Origin: Eimeria praecox
Lineage: Eukaryota
NCBI GenBank assembly: GCA_963920595.1
Contig: OY986946.1
Coordinates: 4,960,001 to 5,024,000 of the forward strand
Length of the DNA stretch: 64,000 nucleotides
Direction: 5' to 3'
A program made the translations under genes and the position numbers. This document shows, piece after piece, positions 1 through 15,000 of the stretch. How positions within the stretch are numbered: the first letter of the stretch is position 1; every line of letters begins with the position of its first letter. The notes beneath the pieces were generated by a model. It searched no databases, was not told the DNA's origin, and was given only the letters and a program-made list of their open reading frames with translations.

Positions 1-3000
1 CGCACGACCACATACCCAACAGCCTGCCACTAAACATGCAATTCCACGGCGTGTGTCCGCCATCCCTATTATCAGTACTCAGCGCACTTCCTCCTATACA
101 CAACGACCGGCTCAACAACTCCTCCATCAAAGCCAACCGCTCTCCAGTGTAGCCGAGCCTGCCTGCCCCAAATAATCCTGGGGCATGCTGCTCTAGCTCA
201 TTGGCTTAATGCCCAAGATTCAGCGTACGGTCTTCTGGAAGCATCGATCGCACAAACATTTGCGCAAACAAATGCAAAAGGAGCTTTGCATGAAACCCAA
301 TCATGTGTCCCGTCAACGCATGCGCTGCAGCACATGTACTACACATCACCATCAACGCGACGCAGTCACTACCCAAGGAAGAAACACTTCCCAACCTAAC
401 ACGCCATGCTGCCCACCAAAGAAACACAACTTACTCCTTTCACAGTGCTTTCGAAATATTACAAGCTGCACACTGTTCTAACAGACTGCCCCATCCACCT
501 GGCTCTTGACGCCGTTCCTCCCCAATCAGACTCACGCACCACACTCACTCTACCGCCGCCTCTCATACTACTACAATCCTCTACACACTACAACAATTAC
601 ATCCAGCATCAGCACATCCTCCACCACGCCACCCTAAATTCCTCACTTCGCCAGTTGCACACCTCAGGTGCATCACCGTCCAGACATAACCACAACGCCC
701 AAGGAAAATCGCGCACGACCACATACCCAACAGCCTACCACTAAACATGCAATTCCACGGCGTGTGTCCGCCAGCCCTATTATCAGTACTCAACGCACTT
801 CCTCCTATACACAACGACCGGCTCAACAACTCCTCCATCAAAGCCAACCGCTCTCCAGTGTAGCCGAGCCTGCCTGCCCCAAATAATCCTGGGGCATGCT
901 GCTCTAGCTCATTGGCTTAATGCCCAAGATTCAGCGTACGGTCTTCTGGAAGCATCGATCGCACAAACATTTGCGCAAAGGAGCTTTGCATGGAACCCAA
1001 TCATGTGTCCCGTCAACGCATGCGCTGCAGCACATGTACTACACATCACCATCAACGCGACGCAGTCACTAGCCAAGGAAGAAACACTTCCCAACCTAAC
1101 ACGCCATGCTGCCCACCAAAGAAACACAACTTACTCCTTTCACAGTGCTTTCGAAATATTACAAGCTGCACACTGTTCTAACAGACTGCCCCATCCACTT
1201 GGCTCTTGACGCCGTTCCTCCCCAATCAGACTCACGCACCACACTCACTCTACCGCCGCCTCTCATACTACTACAATCCACTACACACTACAACAATTAC
1301 ATCCAGCATCAGCACATCCTCCACCACGCCACCCTAAATTCCTCGCTTCGCCAGTTGCACACCTCAGGTGCATCACCGTCCAGACATAACCACAACGCCC
1401 AAGGAAAATCGCGCACGACCACATACCCAACAGCCTACCACTAAACATGCAATTCCACGGCGTGTGTCCGCCAGCCCTATTATCAGTTCTCGGCGCACTT
1501 CCTCCTATACACAACGACCGGCTCAACAACTCTCCCATCAAAGCCAACCACTCGCCAGTGTAGCCGAGCCTGCCTGCCCGAAATAATCCTGGGGCATGCT
1601 GCTCTAGCTCATTGGCTTAATGCCCAAGATTCAGCGCACGGTTTTCTGGAAGCATCGATCGCACAAACATTTGCGCAAACAAATGCAAAAGGAGCTTTGC
1701 ATGAAACCCAATCATGTGTCCCGTCAACACATGCGCTGCAGCACATGTACTACACATCACCATCAACGCGACACAGTCACTACCCAAGGAAGAAACACTT
1801 CCCAACCTAACACGCCATGCTGCCCACCAAAGAAACACAACCTACTCCTTCCACAGCGCTTCCGAAATATTACAAGCTGCACACTGTTCTAACAGGCTGC
1901 CCCATCCACTTGGCTCTTGACGCCGTTCCTCCCCAATCAGACTCACGCACCACACTCACTCTACCGCCGCCTCTCATACTACTACAATCCACTACACACT
2001 ACAACAATTACATCCAGCATCAGCACATCCTCCACCACGCCACCCCAACTTCCTCACTTCGCCAGTTGCACACCTCAGGTGCACCGCCGTCCAGACATAA
2101 CCACAACGCCCAAGGAAAATCGCGCACGACCACATACCCAACAGCCTACCACTAAACATGCAATTCCACGGCGTGTGTCCGCCAGCCCTATTATCAGTAC
2201 TCAGCGCACTTCCTCCTATACACAACGATCGGCTCAACAACTCCTCCATCAAAGCCAACCGCTCTCCAGTGTAGCCGAGCCCGCCTGCCCCAAATAATCC
2301 TGGGGCATGCTGCTCTAGCTCATTGGCTTAATGCCCAAGATTCAGCGTACGGTCTTCTGGAAGCATCGATCGCACAAACATTTGCGCAAAGGAGCTTTGC
2401 ATGGAACCCAAGCATGTGTCCCGTCAACGCATGCGCTGCAGCACATGTACTACACATCACCATCAACGCGACGCAGTCACTAGCCAAGGAAGAAAAACTT
2501 CCCAACCTAACACGCCATGCTGCCCACCAAAGAAACACAACTTACTCCTTTCACAGTGCTTTCGAAATATTACAAGCTGCACACTGTTCTAACAGACTGC
2601 CCCATCCACTTGGCTCTTGACGCCGTTCCTCCCCAATCAGACTCACGCACCACACTCACTCTACCGCCGCCTCTCATACTACTACAATCCACTACACACT
2701 GCAACAATTACATCCAGCATCAGCACATCCTCCACCACGCCACCCTAAATTCCTCACTTCGCCAGTTGCACACCTCAGGTGCATCACCGTCCAGACATAA
2801 CCACAACGCCCAAGGAAAATCGCGCACGACCACATACCCAACAGCCTACCACTAAACATGCAATTCCACGGCGTGTGTCCGCCAGCCCTATTATCAGTAC
2901 TCAGCGCACTTCCTCCTATACACAACGACCGGCTCAACAACTCCTCCATCAAAGCCAACCGCTCTCCAGTGTAGCTGAGCCTGCCTGCCCCAAATAATCC

Positions 3001-6000
3001 TGGGGCATGCTGCTCTAGCTCATTGGCTTAATGCCCAAGATTCAGCGCACGGTCTTCTGGAAGCATCGATCGCACAAACATTTGCGCAAACAAATGCAAA
3101 AGGAGCTTTGCATGAAACCCAATCATGTGTCCCGTCAACGCATGCGCTGCAGCACATGTACTACACATCACCATCAACGCGACACAGTCACTACCCAAGG
3201 AAGAAACACTTCCCAACCTAACACGCCATGCTGCCCACCAAAGAAACACAACTTACTCCTTTCACAGTGCTTTCGAAATATTACAAGCTGCACACTGTTC
3301 TAACAGACTGCCCCATCCACTTGGCTCTTGACGCCGTTCCTCCCCAATCAGACTCACGCACCACACTCACTCTACCGCCGCCTCTCATACTACTACAATC
3401 CACTACACACTACAACAATTACATCCAGCATCAGCACATCCTCCACCACGCCACCCCAACTTCCTCACTTCTCCAGTTGCACACCTCAGGTGCACCGCCG
3501 TCCAGACATACCCACAACGCCCAAGGAAAATCGCGCACGACCACATACCCAACAGCCTACCACTAAACATGCAATTCCACGGCGTGTGTCCGCCATCCCT
3601 ATTATAAGTACTCAACGCACTTCCTCCTATACACAACGACCGGCTCAACAACTCTTCCATCAAAGTCAACCGCTCTCCAGTGCAGCCGAGCCTGCCTGCC
3701 CCAAATAATCCTAGGCTACGCTACTCCAGCTTACAGGCTTTATGCCCAAGATTCAGCGCATGGTCTTCTGGAAGCTTCGATCGCACAAACATTTGCGCAA
3801 ACAAATGCAGAAGGAGCTTTGCATGAAACCCAATCATGTGTCCCGTCAACGCATGCGCTGCAGCACATGTACTACACATCACCATCAACGCGACACAGTC
3901 ACTACCCAAGGAAGAAACACTTCCCAACCTAACACGCCACGCTGCCCACCAAAGAAACACAACTTACTCCTTTCACAGTGCTTTCGAAATATTACAAGCT
4001 GCACACTGTTCTAACAGACTGCCCCATCCACTTGGCTCTTGACGCCGTTCCTCCCCAATCAGACTCACGCACCACACTCACTCTACCGCCGCCTCTCATA
4101 CTACTACAATCCACTACACACTACAACAATTACATCCAGCATCAGCACATCCTCCACCACGCCACCCCAACTTCCTCACTTCGCCAGTTGCACACCTCAG
4201 GTGCACCGCCGTCCAGACATAACCACAACGCCCAAGGAAAATCGCGCACGACCACATACCCAACAGCCTACCACTAAACATGCAATTCCACGGCGTGTGT
4301 CCGCCAGCCCTATTATCAGTACTCAGCGCACTTCCTCCTATACACAACGACCGGCTCAACAACTCTTCCATCAAAGCCAACCGCTCTCCAGTGTAGCCGA
4401 GCCTGCCTGCCCGAAATAATCCTGGGGCATGCTGCTCTAGCTCATTGGCTTAATGCCCAAGATTCAGCGTACGGTCTTCTGGAAGCATCGATCGCACAAA
4501 CATTTGCGCAAACAAATGCAAAAGGAGCTTTGCATGAAACCCAATCATGTGTCCCGTCAACGCATGCGCTGCAGCACATGTACTACACATCACCATCAAC
4601 GCGACACAGTCACTACCCAAGGAAGAAACACTTCCCAACCTAACACGCCATGCTGCCCACCAAAGAAACACAACTTACTCCTTTCACAGTGCTTTCGAAA
4701 TATTACAAGCTGCACACTGTTCTAACAGACTGCCCCATCCACTTGGCTCTTGACGCCGTTCCTCCCCAATCAGACTCACGCACCACACTCACTCTACCGC
4801 CGCCTCTCATACTACTACAATCCACTACACACTACAACAATTACATCCAGCATCAGCACATCCTCCACCACGCCACCCCAACTCCCTCACTTCGCCAGTT
4901 GCACACCTCAGGTGCACCGCCGTCCAGACATAACCACAACGCCCAAGGAAAATCGCGCACGACCACATACCCAACAGCCTACCACTAAACATGCAATTCC
5001 ACGGCGTGTGTCCGCCAGCCCTATTATCAGTTCTCGGCGCACTTCCTCCTATACACAACGACCGGCTCAACAACTCTCCCATCAAAGCCAACCACTCTCC
5101 AGTGTAGCCGAGCCTGCCTGCCCGAAATAATCCTGGGGCATGCTGCTCTAGCTCATTGGCTTAATGCCCAAGATTCAGCGTACGGTCTTCTGGAAGCATC
5201 GATCGCCCAAACATTTGCGCAAACAAATGCAAAAGGAGCTTTGCATGAAACCCAATCATGTGTCCCGTCAACGCATGCGCTGCAGCACATGTACTACACA
5301 TCACCATTAACGCGACACAGTCACTACCCAAGGAAGAAACACTTCCCAACCTAACACGCCATGCTGCCCACCAAAGAAACACAACTTACTCCTTTCACAG
5401 TGCTTTCGAAATATTACAAGCTGCACACTGTTCTAACAGACTGCCCCATCCACTTGGCTCTTGACGCCGTTCCTCCCCAATCAGACTCACGCACCACACT
5501 CACTCTACCGCCGCCTCTCATACTACTACAATCCACAACACACTACAACAATTACATCCAGCATCAGCACATCCTCCACCACGCCACCCCAACTTCCTCA
5601 CTTCGCCAGTTGCACACCTCAGGTGCACCGCCGTCCAGACATAACCACAACGCCCAAGGAAAATCGCGCACGACCACATACCCAACAGCCTACCACTAAA
5701 CATGCAATTCCACGGCGTGTGTCCGCCAGCCCTATTATCAGTTCTCGGCGCACTTCCTCCTATACACAACGACCGGCTCAACAACTCTCCCATCAAAGCC
5801 AACCACTCTCCAGTGTAGCCGAGCCTGCCTGCCCGAAATAATCCTGGGGCATGCTGCTCTAGCTCATTGGCTTAATGCCCAAGATTCAGCGTACGGTCTT
5901 CTGGAAGCATCGATCGCCCAAACATTTGCGCAAACAAATGCAAAGGAGCTTTGCATGAAACCCAATCATGTGTCCCGTCAACGCATGCGCTGCAGCACAT

Positions 6001-9000
6001 GTACTACACATCACCATCAACGCGACACAGTCACTACCCAAGGAAGAAACACTTCCCAACCTAACACGCCATGCTGCCCACCAAAGAAACACAACTTACT
6101 CCTTTCACAGTGCTTTCGAAATATTACAAGCTGCACACTGTTCTAACAGACTGCCCCATCCACTTGGCTCTTGACGCCATTCCTCCCCAATCAGACTCAC
6201 GCACCACACTCACTCTACCGCCGCCTCTCATACTACTACAATCCACTACACACTACAACAATTACATCCAGCATCAGCACATCCTCCACCACGCCACCCC
6301 AACTTCCTCACTTCGCCAGTTGCACACCTCAGGTGCACCGCCGTCCAGACATAACCACAACGCCCAAGGAAAATCGCGCACGACCACATACCCAACAGCC
6401 TACCACTAAACATGCAATTCCACGGCGTGTGTCCGCCAGCCCTATTATCAGTTCTCGGCGCACTTCCTCCTATACACAACGACCGGCTCAACAACTCTCC
6501 CATCAAAGCCAACCACTCTCCAGTGTAGCCGAGCCTGCCTGCCCGAAATAATCCTGGGGCATGCTGCTCTAGCTCATTGGCTTAATGCCCAAGATTCAGC
6601 GTACGGTCTTCTGGAAGCATCGATCGCCCAAACATTTGCGCAAACAAATGCAAAGGAGCTTTGCATGAAACCCAATCATGTGTCCCGTCAACGCATGCGC
6701 TGCAGCACATGTACTACACATCACCATCAACGCGACACAGTCACTACCCAAGGAAGAAACACTTCCCAACCTAACACGCCATGCTGCCCACCAAAGAAAC
6801 ACAACTTACTCCTTTCACAGTGCTTCCGAAATATTACAAGCTGCACACTGTTCTAACAGACTGCCCCATCCACTTGGCTCTTGACGCCGTTCCTCCCCAA
6901 TCAGACTCACGCACCACACTCACTCTACCGCCGCCTCTCATACTACTACAATCCACTACACACTACAACAATTACATCCAGCATCAGCACATCCTCCACC
7001 ACGCCACCCCAACTTCCTCACTTCGCCAGTTGCACACCTCAGGTGCACCGCCGTCCAGACATAACCACAACGCCCAAGGAAAATCGCGCACGACCACATA
7101 CCCAACAGCCTACCACTAAACATGCAATTCCACGGCGTGTGTCCGCCAGCCCTATTATCAGTACTCAGCGCACTTCCTCCTATACACAACGACCGGCTCA
7201 ACAACTCTTCCATCAAAGCCAACCGCTCTCCAGTGTAGCCGAGCCTGCCTGCCCCAAATAATCCTGGGGCATGCTGCTCTAGCTCATTGGCTTAATGCCC
7301 AAGATTCAGCGTACGGTCTTCTGGAAGCATCGATCGCACAAACATTTGCGCAAACAAATGCAGAAGGAGCTTTGCATGAAACCCAATCATGTGTCCCGTC
7401 AACGCATGCGCTGCAGCACATGTACTACACATCACCATCAACGCGACACAGTCACTACCCAAGGAAGAAACACTTCCCAACCTAACACGCCATGCTGCCC
7501 ACCAAAGAAACACAACTTACTCCTTTCACAGTGCTTTCGAAATATTACAAGCTGCACACTGTTCTAACAGACTGCCCCATCCACTTGGCTCTTGACGCCG
7601 TTCCTCCCCAATCAGACTCACGCACCACACTCACTCTACCGCCGCCTCTCATACTACTACAATCCACTACACACTACAACAATTACATCCAGCATCAGCA
7701 CATCCTCCACCACGCCACCCCAACTTCCTCACTTCGCCAGTTGCACACCTCAGGTGCACCGCCGTCCAGACATAACCACAACGCCCAAGGAAAATCGCGC
7801 ACGACCACATACCCAACAGCCTACCACTAAACATGCAAACCCACTACGTGTGTCCGCCAGCCCTATTATCAGTACTCAACGCACTTCCTCCTATACACAA
7901 CGACCGGCTCAACAACTCTTCCATCAAAGTCAACCGCTCTCCAGTGCAGCCGAGCCTGCCTGCCCGAAATAATCCTAGGGTATGCTACTCTAGCTCATAG
8001 GCCTAATGCCCAAGATTCAGCGCATGGTCTTCTGGAAGCTTCGATCGCACAAACATTTGCGCAAACAAATGCACAGGAGCTTTGCATGAAACCCAATCAC
8101 GTGTCCCGTCAGCACATGCACTGCAGCACATGTACTACACATCACCATCAACACGACACAGTCACCAGCCACGGAAGAAACACTTCCCAACCTAACACGC
8201 CATGCTGCCCACCAAAGAAACACAACCTACTTCTTCCACAGCGCTCCCGAAATATTACAAGCTGCACACTGTTCTAACGAACTGCCCCATCCGATTGGCT
8301 CTTGACGCCGTTCCCCCCAAATCAGGCTCATTCATCATACTCACTCTAACGCCGCCTCTCATACTACTACAATCCACATCTCCACCCTTCACACAACATG
8401 CCACCAACCCCAAAATAAACACATCCTGCCTTCGCGAAATGCTCTACCACGACACCCAAAAAATAACCCACTATACACACCACAACAATTACATCAAGCA
8501 TCAGCACATCCTCCACCACGCCACCCGAACTTCCGCTCTTCGCCAGTTGCACACTTCAGGTGCATCGCCGTCCAGACATAACCACAACGCCCAAGGAGAA
8601 TACCGCGCACCACCACATACCCAACTGTCTGCCACTAAACATGCAAACCCACTACGTGTGTCCGCCATCCCTATTATCAGTACTCAACGCACTTCCTCCT
8701 ATACACAACGACCGGCTCAACAACTCTTCCATCAAAGTCAACCGCTCTCCAGTGCAGCCGAGCCTGCCTGCCCGAAATAATCCTAGGGTATGCTACTCTA
8801 GCTCATAGGCCTAATGCCCAAGATTCAGCGCATGGTCTTCTGGAAGCTTCGATCGCACAAACATTTGCGCAAACAAATGCACAGGAGCTTTGCATGAAAC
8901 CCAATCACGTGTCCCGTCAGCGCATGCACTGCAGCACATGTACTACACATCACCATCAACACGGCACAGTCACCATCCAAGGAAGAAACACTTCCCAACC

Positions 9001-12000
9001 TAACACCCCACGCTGCCCACCAAAGAAACACAACCTACTCCTTCCACAGCGCTCCCGAAATATTACAAGCTGCACACTGTTCTAACGGATTGCCCCATCC
9101 ACTTCGCTCTTGATGCCGTTCCTCCCCAATCAGACTCAAGCACCACACTCACTCTAACGCCACCTCTCATACTACTACAATCCACATCTCCACCCTTCAC
9201 ACAACATGCCACCAAAAAAATAACCCACTATACACACTGCAACAATTGCATCCAGCATCAGCATATCCTCCACCACGCCACCCCAACTTCCTCACTTCGC
9301 CAGTTGCACACTTCAGGTGCATCGCCGTCCAGACATAACCACAACGCCCAACGACAATCCCGCGCACCACCACATACCCAACAGTCTGCCACTAAACATG
9401 CAAACCCACTACGTGTGCCCGCCATCCTTATTATCAGCATTCAACGCACTCTCTCCTATACACAACGACCGGCTCAACAACTCCTCCATCAAAGCCAAGC
9501 GCTCTCCAGTGCAGCCGAGCCTGCCTGCCCGAAATAATCCTAGGGTATGCTACTCTAGCTCATAGGCCTAATGCCCAAGATTCAGCGCATGGTCTTCTGG
9601 AAGCTTCGACCGCACAAACATTTGCGCAAACAAATGCACAGGAGCTTTGCATGAAACCCAATCACGTGTCCCGTCAACGCATGCACTGCAGCACATGTAC
9701 TACACATCACCATCAACACGGCACAGTCACCAGCCAAGGAAGAAACACTTCCCAACCTAACACCCCACGCTGCCCACCAAAGAAACACAACCTACTCCTT
9801 CCACAGCGCTCCCGAAATATTACAAGCTGCACACTGTTCTAACGGATTGCCCCATCCACTTCGCTCTTGATGCCGTTCCTCCCCAATCAGACTCACGCAC
9901 CACACTCACTCTAACGCCACCTCTCATACTACTACAATCCACATCTCCACCCTTCACACAACATGCCACCAAAAAAATAACCCACTATACACACTGCAAC
10001 AATTGCATCCAGCATCAGTATATCCTCCACCACGCCACCCCAACTTCCTCACTTCGCCAGTTGCACACTTCAGGTGCATCGCCGTCCAGACATAACCACA
10101 ACGCCCAAGGACAATCCCGCGCACCACCACATACCCAACAGTCTGCCACTAAGCATGCAAACCCACTACGTGTGTCCGCCATCCCTATTATCAGTACTCA
10201 ACGCACTTCCTCCTATACACAACGACCGGCTCAACAACTCTTTCATCAAAGTCAACCGCTCTCCAGTGCAGCCGAGCCTGCCTGCCCGAAATAATCCTAG
10301 GCTACGCTACTCTAGCTCATTGGCTTAATGCCCAAGATTCAGCGTACGGTCTTCTGGAAGCATCGATCGCACAAACATTTGCGCAAACAAATGCACAGGA
10401 GCTTTGCATGAAACCCAATCATGTGTCCCGTCAACGCATGCGCTGCAGCACATGTACTACACATCACCATCAACGCGACACAGTCACTACCCAAGGAAGA
10501 AACACTTCCCAACCTAACACGCCATGCTGCCCACCAAAGAAACACAACTTACTCCTTTCACAGTGCTTTCGAAATATTACAAGCTGCACACTGTTCTAAC
10601 AGACTGCCCCATCCACTTGGCTCTTGACGCCGTTCCTCCCCAATCAGACTCACGCACCACACTCACTCTACCGCCGCCTCTCATACTACTACAATCCACT
10701 ACACACTGCAACAATTACATCAAGCATCAGCATATCCTCCACCACGCCACCCCAACTTCCTCACTTCGCCAGTTGCACACCTCAGGTGCACCGCCGTCCA
10801 GACATAACCACAACGCCCAAGGAAAATCCCGCGCACCACCACATACCCAACAGTCTGCCACTAAACATGCAAACCCACTACGTGTGTCCGCCATCCCTAT
10901 TATCAGTACTCAACGCACTTCCTCCTATACACAACGACCGGCTCAACAACTCTTCCATCAAAGTCAACCGCTCTCCAGTGCAGCCGAGCCTGCCTGCCCG
11001 AAATAATCCTAGGGTATGCTACTCTAGCTCATAGGCCTAATGCCCAAGATTCAGCGCATGGTCTTCTGGAAGCTTCGATCGCACAAACATTTGCGCAAAC
11101 AAATGCACAGGAGCTTTGCATGAAACCCAATCACGTGTCCCGTCAGCACATGCACTGCAGCACATGTACTACACATCACCATCAACACGACACAGTCACC
11201 AGCCACGGAAGAAACACTTCCCAACCTAAGACGCCATGCTGCCCACCAAAGAAACACAACCTACTTCTTCCACAGCGCTCCCGAAATATTACAAGCTGCA
11301 CACTGTTCTAACGAACTGCCCCATCCGATTGGCTCTTGACGCCGTTCCCCCCAAATCAGACTCATTCATCATACTCACTCTAACGCCGCCTCTCATACTA
11401 CTACAATCCACATCTCCACCCTTCACACAACATGCCACCAACCCCAAAATAAACACATCCTGCCTTCGCGAAATGCTCTACCACGACACCCAAAAAATAA
11501 CCCACTATACACACCACAACAATTACATCAAGCATCAGCACATCCTCCACCACGCCACCCCAACTTCCGCTCTTCGCCAGTTGCACACTTCAGGTGCATC
11601 GCCGTCCAGACATAACCACAACGCCCAAGGAGAATACCGCGCACCACCACATACCCAACTGTCTGCCACTAAACATGCAAACCCACTACGTGTGTCCGCC
11701 ATCCCTATTATCAGTACTCAACGCACTTCCTCCTATACACAACGACCGGCTCAACAACTCTTCCATCAAAGTCAACCGCTCTCCAGTGCAGCCGAGCCTG
11801 CCTGCCCGAAATAATCCTAGGGTATGCTACTCTAGCTCATAGGCCTAATGCCCAAGATTCAGCGCATGGTCTTCTGGAAGCTTCGATCGCACAAACATTT
11901 GCGCAAACAAATGCACAGGAGCTTTGCATGAAACCCAATCACGTGTCCCGTCAGCGCATGCACTGCAGCACATGTACTACACATCACCATCAACACGGCA

Positions 12001-15000
12001 CAGTCACCATCCAAGGAAGAAACACTTCCCAACCTAACACCCCACGCTGCCCACCAAAGAAACACAACCTACTCCTTCCACAGTGCTTTCGAAATATTAC
12101 AAGCTGCACACTGTTCTAACAGACTGCCCCATCCACTTGGCTCTTGACGCCGTTCCTCCCCAATCAGACTCACGCACCACACTCACTCTAACGCCACCTC
12201 TCATACTACTACAATCCACATCTCCACCCTTCACACAACATGCCACCAAAAAAATAACCCACTATACACACTGCAACAATTGCATCCAGCATCAGCATAT
12301 CCTCCACCACGCCACCCCAACTTCCTCACTTCGCCAGTTGCACACTTCAGGTGCATCGCCGTCCAGACATAACCACAACGCCCAAGGACAATCCCGCGCA
12401 CCACCACATACCCAACAGTCTGCCACTAAGCATGCAAACCCACTACGTGTGTCCGCCATCCCTATTATCAGTACTCAACGCACTTCCTCCTATACACAAC
12501 GACCGGCTCAACAACTCTTTCATCAAAGTCAACCGCTCTCCAGTGCAGCCGAGCCTGCCTGCCCGAAATAATCCTAGGCTACGCTACTCTAGCTCATTGG
12601 CTTAATGCCCAAGATTCAGCGTACGGTCTTCTGGAAGCATCGATCGCACAAACATTTGCGCAAACAAATGCACAGGAGCTTTGCATGAAACCCAATCATG
12701 TGTCCCGTCAACGCATGCGCTGCAGCACATGTACTACACATCACCATCAACGCGACACAGTCACTACCCAAGGAAGAAACACTTCCCAACCTAACACGCC
12801 ATGCTGCCCACCAAAGAAACACAACTTACTCCTTTCACAGTGCTTTCGAAATATTACAAGCTGCACACTGTTCTAACGGATTGCCCCATCCACTTCGCTC
12901 TTGATGCCGTTCCTCCCCAATCAGACTCAAGCACCACACTCACTCTAACGCCACCTCTCATACTACTACAATCCACATCTCCACCCTTCACACAACATGC
13001 CACCAAAAAAATAACCCACTATACACACTGCAACAATTGCATCCAGCATCAGCATATCCTCCACCACGCCACCCCAACTTCCTCACTTCGCCAGTTGCAC
13101 ACTTCAGGTGCATCGCCGTCCAGACATAACCACAACGCCCAAGGACAATCCCGCGCACCACCACATACCCAACAGTCTGCCACTAAGCATGCAAACCCAC
13201 TACGTGTGTCCGCCATCCCTATTATCAGTACTCAACGCACTTCCTCCTATACACAACGACCGGCTCAACAACTCTTCCATCAAAGTCAACCGCTCTCCAG
13301 TGCAGCCGAGCCTGCCTGCCCGAAATAATCCTAGGGTATGCTACTCTAGCTCATAGGCCTAATGCCCAAGATTCAGCGCATGGTCTTCTGGAAGCTTCGA
13401 TCGCACAAACATTTGCGCAAACAAATGCACAGGAGCTTTGCATGAAACCCAATCATGTGTCCCGTCAACGCATGCGCTGCAGCACATGTACTACACATCA
13501 CCATCAACGCGACGCAGTCACTAGCCAAGGAAGAAAAACTTCCCAACCTAACACCCCACGCTGCCCACCAAAGAAGCACAACCTACTTCTTCCACAGCGC
13601 TCCCGAAATATTACAAGCTGCACACTGTTCTAACGAACTGCCCCATCCGATTGGCTCTTGACGCCGTTCCCCCCAAATCAGACTCATTCATCATACTCAC
13701 TCTAACGCCGCCTCTCATACTACTACAATCCACATCTCCACCCTTCACACAACATGCCACCAACCCCAACCTAACACATCCTGCCTTCGCGAAATGCTCT
13801 AACACGACACCCAAAAAATAACCCACTATACACACCACAACAATTACATCAAGCATCAGCACATCCTCCACCACGCCACCCCAACTTCCGCTCTTCGCCA
13901 GTTGCACACTTCAGGTGCATCGCCGTCCAGACATAACCGCAACGCCCAAGGAGAATACCGCGCACCACCACATACCCAACAGTCTGCCACTAAACATGCA
14001 AACCCACTACGTGTGTCCGCCATCCCTATTATCAGTACTCAACGCACTTCCTCCTATACACAACGACCGGCTCAACAACTCCTCCATCAAAGTCAACCGC
14101 TCTCCAGTGCAGCCGAGCCTGCCTGCCCGAAATAATCCTAGGGTATGCTACTCTAGCTCATAGGCCTAATGCCCAAGATTCAGCGCATGGTCTTCTGGAA
14201 GCTTCGATCGCACAAACATTTGCGCAAACAAATGCACAGGAGCTTTGCATGAAACCCAATCATGTGTCCCGTCAACACATGCACTGCAGCACATGTACTA
14301 CACATTACCATCAACACGGCACAGTCACCAGCCAAGGAAGAAACACTTCCCAACCTAACACCCCACGCTGCCCACCAAAGAAACACAACCTACTTCTTCC
14401 ACAGCGCTCCCGAAATATTACAAGCTGCACACTGTTCTAACGAACTGCCCCATCCGATTGGCTCTTGACGCCGTTCCCCCCAAATCAGACTCATTCATCA
14501 TACTCACTCTAACGCCGCCTCTCATACTACTACAATCCACATCTCCACCCTTCACACAACATGCCACCAACCCCAACCTAACACATCCTGCCTTCGCGAA
14601 ATGCTCTAACACGACACCCAAAAAATAACCCACTATACACACCACAACAATTACATCAAGCATCAGCACATCCTCCACCACGCCACCCCAACTTCCGCTC
14701 TTCGCCAGTTGCACACTTCAGGTGCATCGCCGTCCAGACATAACCGCAACGCCCAAGGAGAATACCGCGCACCACCACATACCCAACAGTCTGCCACTAA
14801 ACATGCAAACCCACTACGTGTGTCCGCCATCCCTATTATCAGTACTCAACGCACTTCCTCCTATACACAACGACCGGCTCAACAACTCCTCCATCAAAGT
14901 CAACCGCTCTCCAGTGCAGCCGAGCCTGCCTGCCCGAAATAATCCTAGGGTATGCTGCTCTAGCTCATAGGCCTAATGCCCAAGATTCAGCACATGGTCT

